A DNA stretch of 64,000 nucleotides, taken from the NCBI RefSeq assembly GCF_009914755.1, contig NC_060941.1; one strand, written 5' to 3'. How positions within the stretch are numbered: the stretch's first letter is position 1; every line of letters starts with the position of its first letter. Made by a program: the position numbers and the translations under genes. The stretch is from the human T2T-CHM13v2.0 reference genome, Homo sapiens. Below are positions 1-14,200 of the stretch, in pieces. The notes below the pieces were generated by a model. That model searched no databases and was not told the origin of the DNA. It saw only the letters and a list, made by a program, of their open reading frames with translations.

Positions 1-49
1 AAGATTTCGTTGGAAACGGAATCATCTTCACATAAAAACTATACAGATG

Positions 50-2764
50 CATTCTCAGGAACTTTTTGGTGATGTTTGTATTCAACTCCCAGAGTTGAAC
101 TTTCCTTTGGAAAGAGCAGCTATGAAACACTCTTTTTCTAGAATCTGCAAGTGGACGTTTGGAGGGCTTTGTGGTTTGTGGTGGAAAAGGAAATATCTTC
201 ACCTAAATACTAGATAGAAGCATTCTCAGAAACTGCTTTGTGATGATTGCATTCACCTCACAGAGTTGAACATTCCTATTGATAGAGCAGTTTGGAAACA
301 CTCTTGTTGTGGAATGTGCAAGTGGAGATTTGGAGCGCTTTGAGGCCTATGGTAGTAAAGGGAATAGCTTCATAGAAAAACTAGACAGAAGCATTCTCAG
401 AAAATACTTTGTGATGATTGAGTTTAACTCACAGAGCTGAACATTCCTTTGGATGGAGCAGGTTTGAGACACACTTTTTGTAGAATCTACAAGTGGATAT
501 TTGGACCTCTCTGAGGATTTCGTTGGAAACGCGATAACTGCACCTAAATAAACGGAAGCATTCTCAGAAACTTCTTGGTGATGTTTGCATTCAAATCCCA
601 GAGTTGAACCTTCCTGTGATAGTTCAGGTTTGAAACACTCTTTTTGTAGGATCTGCAAGTGGATATTTGGACCACTCTGTGGCCTTCATTCGAAACGGGT
701 ACATCTTCACATAAAATCTAGACACAAGCCTTCTCAGAAACTTCTCTGTGATGATTGCATTCAACTCACAGAGTTGAACCCTCCTATGGATAGAGCATTG
801 TTGAAACTCTCTTTTTGTGGAATCTGCAAGTGGATATCTGGACCTCTCCGAAGATGTCTTTGGAAACGGGAATATCTTCACATAAAAACTAAACAGAAGC
901 ATTCTCAGAAACTTCTCTGTGATGTTTGTGTTCAACTCCCAGAGTTTCACATTGCTTTTCATAGAGTAGTTCTGAAACATGCTTTTCGTAGTGTTTGCAA
1001 GTGGACATTTGGAGCGCTTTCAGGCCTGTGGTGGAAAACGAATTATGGTCCCATAAAAACTGGAGAGAAGCATTGTCAGAAACTTCTTTGTGATGATTGC
1101 ATTCAACTCACAGAGATGAAGGTTCCTTTACAAACAGCAGTTTCCAAACACTCTTTCTGTGGAATCTGCAAGTGGATATTTGGACCTCATTGAAGATTTC
1201 ATTGGAAACGGGAGAATCTTCACAGAAAAGCTAAACAGAAGCATTCTCAGAAACTTCTTTGTGATGCTTGCATTCAACTCACAGAGTTGAACTTTCCTTT
1301 CGAGAGAGAAGCTTTGAAACACTCTTTTTCCAGAATCTGCAAGTGGACATTTGGAGGGCTTTGAGGCCTGTGGTGGAAAAGGAATTAACTTCCCGTAAAA
1401 GCTAGATAGAAGCATTCTCAGAAACTACTTTGTGATGATTGCATTCAAGTCACAGAGTTGAACATTCCCTTTGACAGAGCAGTTTGGAAACTCTCTTTGT
1501 GTAGAATCTGCAAGTGGAGATATGGACCGCTTTGAGGCCTATGGTAGTAAAGGAAATAGCTTCATATAAAAGCTAGACAGTAGCATTCACAGAAAACTCT
1601 TGGTGACGACTGAGTTTAACTCACAGAGCTGAACATTCCTTTGGATGGAGCAGTTTCGAAACACACTATTTTTAGAATGTGCAAGTGGATATTTGGGCCT
1701 CTCTGAGGATTTCCTTGGAAACGGGATAAACCGCACAGAACTAAACAGAAGCATTCTCAGAACCTTCTTCGTGATGTTTGCATTCAACTCACAGTGTTGA
1801 ACCTTTCTTTGATAGTTCAGGTTTGAAACGGTCTTTCTGTAGAAACTGCAAGTAGATATTTGGACCTCTCTGAGGATTTCGTTGGAAACGGGATAAACCG
1901 CACAGAACTAAAACAGAAGCATTCTCAGAACCCTCTTCGTGATGTTTGCATTCAACTCACAGTGCTGAACCTTTCTTTGATAGTTCAGCTTTGAAACACT
2001 CTTCTTGTAGAAACTGCAAGTGGATATTTGGTCCTCTCTGAGGATTTCGTTGGAAACGGGATAAACCGCACAGAACTAAACAGAAGCATTCTCAGAACCT
2101 TCTTCGTGATGTCTGCATTCAACTCACAGTGTGGAACCTTTCTTTGATAGTTCAGGTTTGAAACACTCTTTTTGTAGAAACTGCAAGGGGATAATTGCAC
2201 TTCTTTGAGGCCTACCGTAGTAAAGGAAATAACTTCCTATAGAAAGAAGACAGAAGCTTTCTCAGAAAATTCTTTGGGATGATTGAGTGGAACTCACAGA
2301 GCTGTACATTCCTTGCGATGTAGCAGTTTAGAAACACACTTTCTGCAGAATCTGCAAGTGCATATTTGGACCTCTCTGAGGAATTCGTTGGAAACGGGAT
2401 AATTTCAGCTGACTAAACAGAAGCAGTCTCAGAATCTTCTTTGTGATGTTTGCATTCAAATCCCAGAGTTGAACTTTCCTTTCAAAGTTCACGTTTGAAA
2501 CACTCTTTTTGCAGGATCTACAAGTGGATATTTGGACCACTCTGTGTCCTTCGTTCGAAACGGGTATATCTTCACATGACATCTAGACAGAAGCATTCTC
2601 AGAAGCTTCTCTGTGATGACTGCATTCAACTCACGGAGTTGAACACTCCTTTTGAGAGCGCAGTTTTGAAACTCTGTTTCTGTGGCATCTGCAAGGGGAC
2701 ATGTAGACCTCTTTGAAGATTTCGTTGGAAACGGAATCATCTTCACATAAAAACTATACAGATG
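50..2764 (+). repeat. One complete 16-monomer HOR unit (2715 bp), representative monomer map
   Basis: Monomer starts, phased at CATTCTCAG-like motifs: 50, 221, 392, 559, 729, 900, 1071, 1242, 1413, 1584, 1752, 1920, 2087, 2257, 2424, 2594; the next unit starts at 2765. Confidence 0.95.
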
Positions 2765-3398
2765 CATTCTCAGGAACTTTTTGGTGATGTTTGTATTCAA
2801 CTCCCAGAGTTGAACTTTCCTTTGGAAAGAGCAGCTATGAAACACTCTTTTTCTAGAATCTGCAAGTGGACGTTTGGAGGGCTTTGTGGTTTGTGGTGGA
2901 AAAGGAAATATCTTCACCTAAATACTAGATAGAAGCATTCTCAGAAACTGCTTTGTGATGATTGCATTCACCTCACAGAGTTGAACATTCCTATTGATAG
3001 AGCAGTTTGGAAACACTCTTGTTGTGGAATGTGCAAGTGGAGACTTGGAGCGTTTTGAGGCCTATGGTAGTAAAGGGAATAGCTTCATAGAAAAACTAGA
3101 CAGAAGCATTCTCAGAAAATACTTTGTGATGATTGAGTTTAACTCACAGAGCTGAACATTCCTTTGGATGGAGCAGGTTTGAGACACACTTTTTGTAGAA
3201 TCTACAAGTGGATATTTGGACCTCTCTGAGGATTTCGTTGGAAACGCGATAACTGCACCTAATTAAACGGAAGCATTCTCAGAAACTTCTTGGTGATGTT
3301 TGCATTCAAATCCCAGAGTTGAACCTTCCTTTGATAGTTCAGGTTTGAAACACTCTTTTTGTAGGATCTGCAAGTGGATATTTGGACCACTCTGTGGC

Positions 3399-3415
3399 CT
3401 TCGTTCGAAACGGGT
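3399..3415 (+). other. CENP-B box (CTTCGTTCGAAACGGGT), representative
   Basis: Matches the core TTCG-N4-A-N2-CGGG. The homologous site recurs each HOR but is mutated in several units. Confidence 0.85.
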
Positions 3416-3911
3416 ACATCTTCGCATAAAATCTAGACAGAAGCCTTCTCAGAAACTTCTCTGTGATGATTGCATTCAACTCACAGAGTTGAACCCTCCT
3501 ATGGATAGAGCATTGTTGAAACTCTCTTTTTGTGGAATCTGCAAGTGGATATGTGGACCTCTCCGAAGATGTCTTTGGAAACGGGAATATCTTCACATAA
3601 AAACTAAACAGAAGCATTCTCAGAAACTTCTCTGTGATGTTTGTGTTCAACTCCCAGAGTTTCACATTGCTTTTCATAGAGTAGTTCTGAAACATGCTTT
3701 TCGTAGTGTCTGCAAGTGGACATTTGGAGCGCTTTCAGGCCTGTGGTGGAAAACGAATTATGGTCCCATAAAAACTGGAGAGAAGCATTGTCAGAAACTT
3801 CTTTGTGATGATTGCATTCAACTCACGGAGATGAAGGTTCCTTTACAAACAGCAGTTTCCAAACACTCTTTCTGTGGAATCTGCAAGTGGATATTTGGAC
3901 CTCTTTGAAGA

Positions 3912-3928
3912 TTTCGTTGGAAACGGGA
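3912..3928 (+). other. CENP-B box (TTTCGTTGGAAACGGGA), representative
   Basis: Exact match to canonical YTTCGTTGGAARCGGGA. Confidence 0.9.
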
Positions 3929-4424
3929 GAATCTTCACAGAAAAGCTAAACAGAAGCATTCTCAGAAACTTCTTTGTGATGCTTGCATTCAACTCACAGA
4001 GTTGAACTTTCCTTTCGAGAGAGAAGCTTTGAAACACTCTTTTTCCAGAATCTGCAAGTGGACATTTGGAGGGCTTTGAGGCCTGTGGTGGAAAAGGAAT
4101 TAACTTCCCGTAAAAGCTAGATAGAAGCATTCTCAGAAACTACTTTGTGATGATTGCATTCAAGTCACAGAGTTGAACATTCCCTTTGACAGAGCAGTTT
4201 GGAAACTCTCTTTGTGTAGAATCTGCAAGTGGAGATATGGACCGCTTTGAGGCCTATGGTAGTAAAGGAAATAGCTTCATATAAAAGCTAGACAGTAGCA
4301 TTCACAGAAAACTCTTGGTGACGACTGAGTTTAACTCACAGAGCTGAACATTCCTTTGGATGGAGCAGTTTCGAAACACACTATTTGTAGAATGTGCAAG
4401 TGGATATTTGGGCCTCTCTGAGGA

Positions 4425-4776
4425 TTTCGTTGGAAACGGGATAAACCGCACAGAACTAAACAGAAGCATTCTCAGAACCTTCTTCGTGATGTTTGCATTC
4501 AACTCACAGTGTTGAACCTTTCTTTGATAGTTCAGGTTTGAAACGGTCTTTCTGTAGAAACTGCAAGTAGATATTTGGGCCTCTCTGAGGATTTCGTTGG
4601 AAACGGGATAACCCGCACAGAACTAAAACAGAAGCATTCTCAGAACCCTCTTCGTGATGTTTGCATTCAACACACAGTGCTGAACCTTTCTTTGATAGTT
4701 CAGCTTTGAAACACTCTTCTTGTAGAAACTGCAAGTGGATATTTGGTCCTCTCTGAGGATTTCGTTGGAAACGGGA
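4425..4776 (+). other. Three CENP-B boxes in consecutive monomers (4425-4441, 4592-4608, 4760-4776)
   Basis: Three exact TTTCGTTGGAAACGGGA matches at 167/168 bp spacing. Confidence 0.9.
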
Positions 4777-4900
4777 TAAACCGCACAGAACTAAACAGAA
4801 GCATTCTCAGAACCTTCTTCGTGATGTCTGCATTCAACTCACAGTGTGGAACCTTTCTTTGATAGTTCAGGTTTGAAACACTCTTTTTGTAGAAACTGCA
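4425..4900 (+). repeat. Triplicated near-identical monomer inside the HOR (167/168 bp spacing), each copy with a CENP-B box; representative instance
   Basis: TTTCGTTGGAAACGGGATAA(A/C)CCGCACAGAACTAAA(A)CAGAAGCATTCTCAGAACC(T/C)TCTTCGTGATG starts at 4425, 4592 and 4760. Present three times in every 16-mer. Confidence 0.95.
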
Positions 4901-5097
4901 AGGGGATAATTGCACTTCTTTGAGGCCTACCGTAGTAAAGGAAATAACTTCCTATAGAAAGAAGACAGAAGCTTTCTCAGAAAATTCTTTGGGATGATTG
5001 AGTGGAACTCACAGAGCTGAACATTCCTTGCGATGTAGCAGTTTAGAAACACACTTTCTGCAGAATCTGCAAGTGCATATTTGGACCTCTCCGAGGA

Positions 5098-5280
5098 ATT
5101 CGTTGGAAACGGGATAATTTCAGCTGACTAAACAGAAGCAGTCTCAGAATCTTCTTTGTGATGTTTGCATTCAAATCCCAGAGTTGAACTTTCCTTTCAA
5201 AGTTCACGTTTGAAACACTCTTTTTGCAGGATCTACAAGTGGATATTTGGACCACTCTGTGTCCTTCGTTCGAAACGGGT
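5098..5280 (+). other. Two CENP-B boxes: 5098-5114 (ATTCGTTGGAAACGGGA, overlapping the EcoRI site) and 5264-5280 (CTTCGTTCGAAACGGGT)
   Basis: Both match TTCG-N4-A-N2-CGGG. With the sites above this gives 7 core-intact boxes in this 16-mer; degenerate boxes lie at 3233-3249 (..CGCGA) and 5435-5451 (..CGGAA). Confidence 0.85.
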
Positions 5281-8200
5281 ATATCTTCACATGACATCTA
5301 GACAGAAGCATTCTCAGAAGCTTCTCTGTGATGACTGCATTCAACTCACGGAGTTGAACACTCCTTTTGAGAGCGCAGTTTTGAAACTCTCTTTCTGTGG
5401 CATCTGCAAGGGGACATGTAGACCTCTTTGAAGATTTCGTTGGAAACGGAATCATCTTCACATAAAAACTATACAGATGCATTCTCAGGAACTTTTTGGT
5501 GATGTTTGTATTCAACTCCCAGAGTTGAACTTTCCTTTGGAAAGAGCAGCTATGAAACACTCTTTTTCTAGAATCTGCAAGTGGACGTTTGGAGGGCTTT
5601 GTGGTTTGTGGTGGAAAAGGAAATATCTTCACCTAAATACTAGATAGAAGCATTCTCAGAAACTGCTTTGTGATGATTGCATTCACCTCACAGAGTTGAA
5701 CATTCCTATTGATAGAGCAGTTTGGAAACACTCTTGTTGTGGAATGTGCAAGTGGAGATTTGGAGCGCTTTGAGGCCTATGGTAGTAAAGGGAATAGCTT
5801 CAGAGAAAAACTAGACAGAAGCATTCTCAGAAAATACTTTGTGATGATTGAGTTTAACTCACAGAGCTGAACATTCCTTTGGATGGAGCAGGTTTGAGAC
5901 ACACTTTTTGTAGAATCTACAAGTGGATATTTGGACCTCTCTGAGGATTTCGTTGGAAACGCGATAACTGCACCTAACTAAACGGAAGCATTCTCAGAAA
6001 CTTCTTGGTGATGTTTGCATTCAAATCCCAGAGTTGAACCTTCCTGTGATAGTTCAGGTTTGAAACACTCTTTTTGTAGGATCTGCAAGTGGATATTTGG
6101 ACCACTCTGTGGCCTTCGTTCGAAACGGGTATATCTTCGCATAAAATCTAGACAGAAGCCTTCTCAGAAACTTCTCTGTGATGATTGCACTCAACTCACA
6201 GAGTTGAACCCTCCTATGGATAGAGCAGTGTTGAAACTCTCTTTTTGTGGAATCTGCAAGTGGATATGTGGACCTCTCCGAAGATGTCTTTGGAAACGGG
6301 AATATCTTCACATAAAAACTAAACAGAAGCATTCTCAGAAACTTCTCTGTGATGTTTGTGTTCAACTCCCAGAGTTTCACATTGCTTTTCATAGAGTAGT
6401 TCTGAAACATGCTTTTCGTAGTGTCTACAAGTGGACATTTGGAGCGCTTTCAGGCCTGTGGTGGAAAACGAATTATGGTCACATAAAAACTGGAGAGAAG
6501 CATTGTCAGAAACTTCTTTGTGATGATTGCATTCAACTCACAGAGTTGAAGGTTCCTTTTCAAAGAGCAGTTTCCAATCACTCTTTCTGTGGAATCTGCA
6601 AGTGGATATTTGGACCTCTTTGAAGATTTCGTTGGAAACGGGAGAATCTTCACAGAAAAGCTAAACAGAAGCATTCTCAGAAACTTCTTTGTGATGCTTG
6701 CATTCAACTCACAGAGTTGAACTTTCCTTTCGAGAGAGAAGCTTTGAAACACTCTTTTTCCAGAATCTGCAAGTGGACATTTGGAGGGCTTTGAGGCCTG
6801 TGGTGGAAAAGGAATTAACTTCCCGTAAAAGCTAGATAGAAGCATTCTCAGAAACTACTTTGTGATGATTGCATTCAAGTCACAGAGTTGAACATTCCCT
6901 TTGACAGAGCAGTTTGGAAACTCTCTTTGTGTAGAATCTGCAAGTGGAGATATGGACCGCTTTGAGGCCTATGGTAGTAAAGGAAATAGCTTCATATAAA
7001 AGCTAGACAGTAGCATTCACAGAAAACTCTTGGTGACGACTGAGTTTAACTCACAGAGCTGAACATTCCTTTGGATGGAGCAGTTTCGAAACACACTATT
7101 TGTAGAATGTGCAAGTGGATATTTGGGCCTCTCTGAGGATTTCGTTGGAAACGGGATAAACCGCACAGAACTAAACAGAAGCATTCTCAGAACCTTCTTC
7201 GTGATGTTTGCATTCAACTCACAGTGTTGAACCTTTCTTTGATAGTTCAGATTTGAAACGGTCTTTCTGTAGAAACTGCAAGTAGATATTTGGACCTCTC
7301 TGAGGATTTCGTTGGAAACGGGATAAACCGCACAGAACTAAAACAGAAGCATTCTCAGAACCCTCTTCGTGATGTTTGCATTCAACTCACAGTGCTGAAC
7401 CTTTCTTTGATAGTTCAGCTTTGAAACACTCTTCTTGTAGAAACTGCAAGTGGATATTTGGTCCTCTCTGAGGATTTCGTTGGAAACGGGATAAACCGCA
7501 CAGAACTAAACAGAAGCATTCTCAGAACCTTCTTCGTGATGTCTGCATTCAACTCACAGTGTGGAACCTTTCTTTGATAGTTCAGGTTTGAAACACTCTT
7601 TTTGTAGAAACTGCAAGGGGATAATTGCACTTCTTTGAGGCCTACCGTAGTAAAGGAAATAACTTCCTATAGAAAGAAGACAGAAGCTTTCTCAGAAAAT
7701 CCTTTGGGATGATTGAGTGGAACTCACAGAGCTGTACATTCCTTGCGATGTAGCAGTTTAGAAACACACTTTCTGCAGAATCTGCAAGTGCATATTTGGA
7801 CCTCTCTGAGGAATTCGTTGGAAACGGGATAATTTCAGCTGACTAAACAGAAGCAGTCTCAGAATCTTCTTTGTGATGTTTGCATTCAAATCCCAGAGTT
7901 GAACTTTCCTTTCAAAGTTCACGTTTGAAACACTCTTTTTGCAGGATCTACAAGTGGATATTTGGACCACTCTGTGTCCTTCGTTCGAAACGGGTATATC
8001 TTCACATGACATCTAGACAGAAGCATTCTCAGAAGCTTCTCTGTGATGACTGCATGCAACTCACGGAGTTGAACACTCCTTTTGAGAGCGCAGTTTTGAA
8101 ACTCTCTTTCTGTGGCATCTGCAAGGGGACATGTAGACCTCTTTGAAGATTTTGTTGGAAACGGAATCATCTTCACATAAAAACTATACAGATGCATTCT

Positions 8201-11200
8201 CAGGAACTTTTTGGTGATGTTTGTATTCAACTCCCAGAGTTGAACTTTCCTTTGGAAAGAGCAGCTATGAAACACTCTTTTTCTAGAATCTGCAAGTGGA
8301 CGTTTGGAGGGCTTTGTGGTTTGTGGTGGAAAAGGAAATATCTTCACCTAAATACTAGATAGAAGCATTCTCAGAAACTGCTTTGTGATGATTGCATTCA
8401 CCTCACAGAGTTGAACATTCCTATTGATAGAGCAGTTTGGAAACACTCTTGTTGTGGAATGTGCAAGTGGAGACTTGGAGCGTTTTGAGGCCTATGGTAG
8501 TAAAGGGAATAGCTTCATAGAAAAACTAGACAGAAGCATTCTCAGAAAATACTTTGTGATGATTGAGTTTAACTCACAGAGCTGAACATTCCTTTGGATG
8601 GAGCAGGTTTGAGACACACTTTTTGTAGAAACTACAAGTGGATATTTGGACCTCTCTGAGGATTTCGTTGGAAACGCGATAACTGCACCTAATTAAACGG
8701 AAGCATTCTCAGAAACTTCTTGGTGATGTTTGCATTCAAATCCCAGAGTTGAACCTTCCTTTGATAGTTCAGGTTTGAAACACTCTTTTTGTAGGATCTG
8801 CAAGTGGATATTTGGACCACTCTGTGGCCTTCGTTCGAAACGGGTACATCTTCGCATAAAATCTAGACAGAAGCCTTCTCAGAAACTTCTCTGTGATGAT
8901 TGCATTCAACTCACAGAGTTGAACCCTCCTATGGATAGAGCATTGTTGAAACTCTCTTTTTGTGGAATCTGCAAGTGGATATGTGGACCTCTCCGAAGAT
9001 GTCTTTGGAAACGGGAATATCTTCACATAAAAACTAAACAGAAGCATTCTCAGAAACTTCTCTGTGATGTTTGTGTTCAACTCGCAGAGTTTCACATTGC
9101 TTTTCATAGAGTAGTTCTGAAACATGCTTTTCGTAGTGTCTGCAAGTGGACATTTGGAGCGCTTTCAGGCCTGTGGTGGAAAACGAATTATGGTCCCATA
9201 AAAACTGGAGAGAAGCATTGTCAGAAACTTCTTTGTGATGATTGCATTCAACTCACAGAGATGAAGGTTCCTTTACAAACAGCAGTTTCCAAACACTCTT
9301 TCTGTGGAATCTGCAAGTGGATATTTGGACCTCTTTGAAGATTTCGTTGGAAACGGGAGAATCTTCACAGAAAAGCTAAACAGAAGCATTCTCAGAAACT
9401 TCTTTGTGATGCTTGCATTCAACTCACAGAGTTGAACTTTCCTTTCGAGAGAGTAGCTTTGAAACACTCTTTTCCAGAATCTGCAAGTGGACATTTGGAG
9501 GGCTTTGAGGCCTGTGGTGGAAAAGGAATTATCTTCCCGTAAAAGCTAGACAGAAGCATTCTCAGAAACTACTTTGTGATGATTGCATTCAAGTCACAGA
9601 GTTGAACATTCCCTTTGACAGAGCAGTTTGGAAACTCTCTTTGTGTAGAATCTGCAAGTGGAGATATGGACCGCTTTGAGGCCTATGGTAGTAAAGGAAA
9701 TAGCTTCATATAAAAGCTAGACAGTAGCATTCACAGAAAACTCTTGGTGACGACTGAGTTTAACTCACAGAGCTGAACATTCCTTTGGATGGAGCAGTTT
9801 CGAAACACACTATTTGTAGAATGTGCAAGTGGATATTTGGGACTCTCTGAGGATTTCGTTGGAAACGGGATAAACCGCACAGACCTAAACAGAAGCATTC
9901 TCAGAACCTTCTTCGTGATGTTTGCATTCAACTCACAGTGTAGAACCTTTCTTTGATAGTTCAGATTTGAAACGGTCTTTCTGTAGAAACTGCAAGTAGA
10001 TATTTGGACCTCTCTGAGCATTTCGTTGGAAACGGGATAAACCGCACAGAACTAAAACAGAAGCATTCTCAGAACCCTCTTCGTGATGTTTGCATTCAAC
10101 TCACAGTGCTGAACCTTTCTTTGATAGTTCAGCTTTGAAACACTCTTTTTGTAGAAACTGCAAGTGGATATTTGGTCCTCTCTGAGGATTTCGTTGGAAA
10201 AGGGATAAACCGCACAGAACTAAACAGAAGCATTCTCAGAACCTTCTTCGTGATGTCTGCATTCAACTCACAGTGTGGAACCTTTCTTTGATAGTTCAGG
10301 TTTGAAACACTCTTTTTGTAGAAACTGCAAGGGGATAATTGCACTTCTTTGAGGCCTACCGTAGTAAAGGAAATAACTTCCTATAGAAAGAAGACAGAAG
10401 CTTTCTCAGAAAATTCTTTGGGATGATTGAGTGGAACTCACAGAGCTGAGCATTCCTTGCGATGTAGCAGTTTAGAAACACACTTTCTGCAGAATCTGCA
10501 AGTGCATATTTGGACCTCTGTGAGGAATTCGTTGGAAACGGGATAATTTCAGCTGACTAAACAGAAGCAGTCTCAGAATCTTCTTTGTGATGTTTGCATT
10601 CAAATCCCAGAGTTGAACTTTCCTTTCAAAGTTCACGTTTGAAACACTCTTTTTGCAGGATCTACAAGTGGATATTTGGACCACTCTGTATCCTTCGTTC
10701 GAAACGGGTATATCTTCACATGACATCTAGACAGAAGCATTCTCAGAAGCTTCTCTGTGATGACTGCATTCAACTCACGGAGTTGAACACTCCTTTTGAG
10801 AGCGCAGTTTTGAAACTCTCTTTCTGTGGCATCTGCAAGGGGACATGTAGACCTCTTTGAATATTTCGTAGGAAACGGAATCATCTTCACATAAAAACTA
10901 TACAGATGCATTCTCAGGAACTTTTTGGTGATGTTTGTATTCAACTCCCAGAGTTGAACTTTCCTTTGGAAAGAGCAGCTATGACACACTCTTTTTCTAG
11001 AATCTGCAAGTGGACGTTTGCAGGGCTTTGTGGTTTGTGGTGGAAAAGGAAATATCTTCACCTAAATACTAGATAGAAGCATTCTCAGAAACTACTTTGT
11101 GATGATTGCATTCACCTCACAGAGTTGAACATTCCTATTGATAGAGCAGTTTGGAAACACTCTTGTTGTGGAATGTGCAAGTGGAGATTTGGAGCGCTTT

Positions 11201-14200
11201 GAGGCCTATGGTAGTAAAGGGAATAGCTTTATAGAAAAACTAGACAGAAGCATTCTCAGAAAATACTTTGTGATGATTGAGTTTAACTCACAGAGCTGAA
11301 CATTCCTTTGGATGGAGCAGGTTTGAGACACACTTTTTGTAGAATCTACAAGTGGATATTTGGACCTCTCTGAGGATTTCGTTGGAAACGCGATAACTGC
11401 ACCTAACTAAACGGAAGCATTCTCAGAAACTTCTTGGTGATGTTTGCATTCAAATCCCAGAGTTGAACCTTCCTGTGATAGTTCAGGTTTGAAACACTCT
11501 TTTTGTAGGATCTGCAAGTGGATATTTGGACCACTCTGTGGCCTTCGTTCGAAACGGGTACATCTTCACATAAAATCTAGACAGAAGCCTTCTCAGAAAC
11601 TTCTCTGTGATGATTGCATTCAACTCACAGAGTTGAACCCTCCTATGGATAGAGCATTGTTGAAACTCTCTTTTTGTGGAATCTGCAAGTGGATATGTGG
11701 ACCTCTCCGAAGATGTCTTTGGAAACGGGAATATCTTCACATAAAAACTAAACAGAAGCATTCTCAGAAACTTCTCTGTGATGTTTGTGTTCAACTCGCA
11801 GAGTTTCACATTGCTTTTCATAGAGTAGTTCTGAAACATGCTTTTCGTAGTGTCTGCAAGTGGACATTTGGAGCGCTTTCAGGCCTGTGGTGGAAAACGA
11901 ATTATGGTCCCATAAAAACTGGAGAGAAGCATTGTCAGAAACTTCTTTGTGATGATTGCATTCAACTCACAGAGATGAAGATTCCTTTACAAACAGCAGT
12001 TTCCAAACACTCTTTCTGTGGAATCTGCAAGTGGATATTTGGACCTCTTTGAAGATTTCGTTGGAAACGGGAGAATCTTCACAGAAAAGCTAAACAGAAG
12101 CATTCTCAGAAACTTCTTTGTGATGCTTGCATTCAACTCACAGAGTTGAACTTTCCTTTCGAGAGAGAAGCTTTGAAACACTCTTTTTCCAGAATCTGCA
12201 AGTGGACATTTGGAGGGCTTTGAGGCCTGTGGTGGAAAAGGAATTAACTTCCCGTAAAAGCTAGATAGAAGCATTCTCAGAAACTACTTTGTGATGATTG
12301 CATTCAAGTCACAGAGTTGAACATTCCCTTTGACAGAGCAGTTTGGAAACTCTCTTTGTGTAGAATCTGCAAGTGGAGATATGGACCGCTTTGAGGCCTA
12401 TGGTAGTAAAGGAAATAGCTTCATATAAAAGCTAGACAGTAGCATTCACAGAAAACTCTTGGTGACGACTGAGTTTAACTCACAGAGCTGAACATTCCTT
12501 TGGATGGAGCAGTTTCGAAACACACTATTTGTAGAATGTGCAAGTGGATATTTGGGCCTCTCTGAGGATTTCGTTGGAAACGGGATAAACCGCACAGAAC
12601 TAAACAGAAGCATTCTCAGAACCTTCTTCGTGATGTTTGCATTCAACTCACAGTGTTGAACCTTTCTTTGATAGTTCAGGTTTGAAACGGTCTTTCTGTA
12701 GAAACTGCAAGTAGATATTTGGACCTCTCTGAGGATTTCGTTGGAAACGGGATAAACCGCACAGAACTAAAACAGAAGCATTCTCAGAACCCTCTTCGTG
12801 ATGTTTGCATTCAACTCATAGTGCTGAACCTTTCTTTGATAGTTCAGCTTTCAAACACTCTTCTTGTAGAAACTGCAAGTGGATATTTGGTCCTCTCTGA
12901 GGATTTCGTTGGAAACGGGATAAACCGCACAGAACTAAACAGAAGCATTCTCAGAACCTTCTTCGTGATGTCTGCATTCAACTCACAGTGTGGAACCTTT
13001 CTTTGATAGTTCAGGTTTGAAACACTCTTTTTGTAGAAACTGCAAGGGGATAATTGCACTTCTTTGAGGCCTACCGTAGTAAAGGAAATAACTTCCTATA
13101 GAAAGAAGACAGAAGCTTTCTCAGAAAATTCTTTGGGATGATTGAGTGGAACTCACAGAGCTGTACATTCCTTGCGATGTAGCAGTTTAGAAACACACTT
13201 TCTGCAGAATCTGCAAGTGCATATTTGGACCTCTCTGAGGAATTCGTTGGAAACGGGATAATTTCAGCTGACTAAACAGAAGCAGTCTCAGAATCTTCTT
13301 TGTGATGTTTGCATTCAAATCCCAGAGTTGAACTTTCCTTTCAAAGTTCACGTTTGAAACACTCTTTTTGCAGGATCTACAAGTGGATATTTGGACCACT
13401 CTGTGTCCTTCGTTCGAAACGGGTATATCTTCACATGACATCTAGACAGAAGCATTCTCAGAAGCTTCTCTGTGATGACTGCATTCAACTCACGGAGTTC
13501 AACACTCCTTTTGAGAGCGCAGTTTTGAAACTCTCTTTCTGTGGCATCTGCAAGGGGACATGTAGACCTCTTTGAAGATTTTGTTGGAAACGGAATCATC
13601 TTCACATAAAAACTATACAGATGCATTCTCAGGAACTTTTTGGTGATGTTTGTATTCAACTCCCAGAGTTGAACTTTCCTTTGGAAAGAGCAGCTATGAA
13701 ACACTCTTTTTCTAGAATCTGCAAGTGGACGTTTGGAGGGCTTTGTGGTTTGTGGTGGAAAAGGAAATATCTTCACCTAAATACTAGATAGAAGCATTCT
13801 CAGAAACTGCTTTGTGATGATTGCATTCACCTCACAGAGTTGAACATTCCTATTGATAGAGCAGTTTGGAAACACTCTTGTTGTGGAATGTGCAAGTGGA
13901 GATTTGGAGCGTTTTGAGGCCTATGGTAGTAAAGGGAATAGCTTCATAGAAAAACTAGACAGAAGCATTCTCAGAAAATACTTTGTGATGATTGAGTTTA
14001 ACTCACAGAGCTGAACATTCCTTTGGATGGAGCAGGTTTGAGACACACTTTTTGTAGAAACTACAAGTGGATATTTGGACCTCTCTGAGGATTTCGTTGG
14101 AAACGCGATAACTGCACCTAATTAAACGGAAGCATTCTCAGAAACTTCTTGGTGATGTTTGCATTCAAATCCCAGAGTTGAACCTTCCTTTGATAGTTCA

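Noticed and set aside
3399-3415. Short palindromes (TTCGAA, AAGCTT, AGGCCT, CTGCAG) as regulatory hairpins or terminators
   Set aside because: Six-base palindromes are expected by chance and simply repeat with the HOR; I saw no extended stem-loop.
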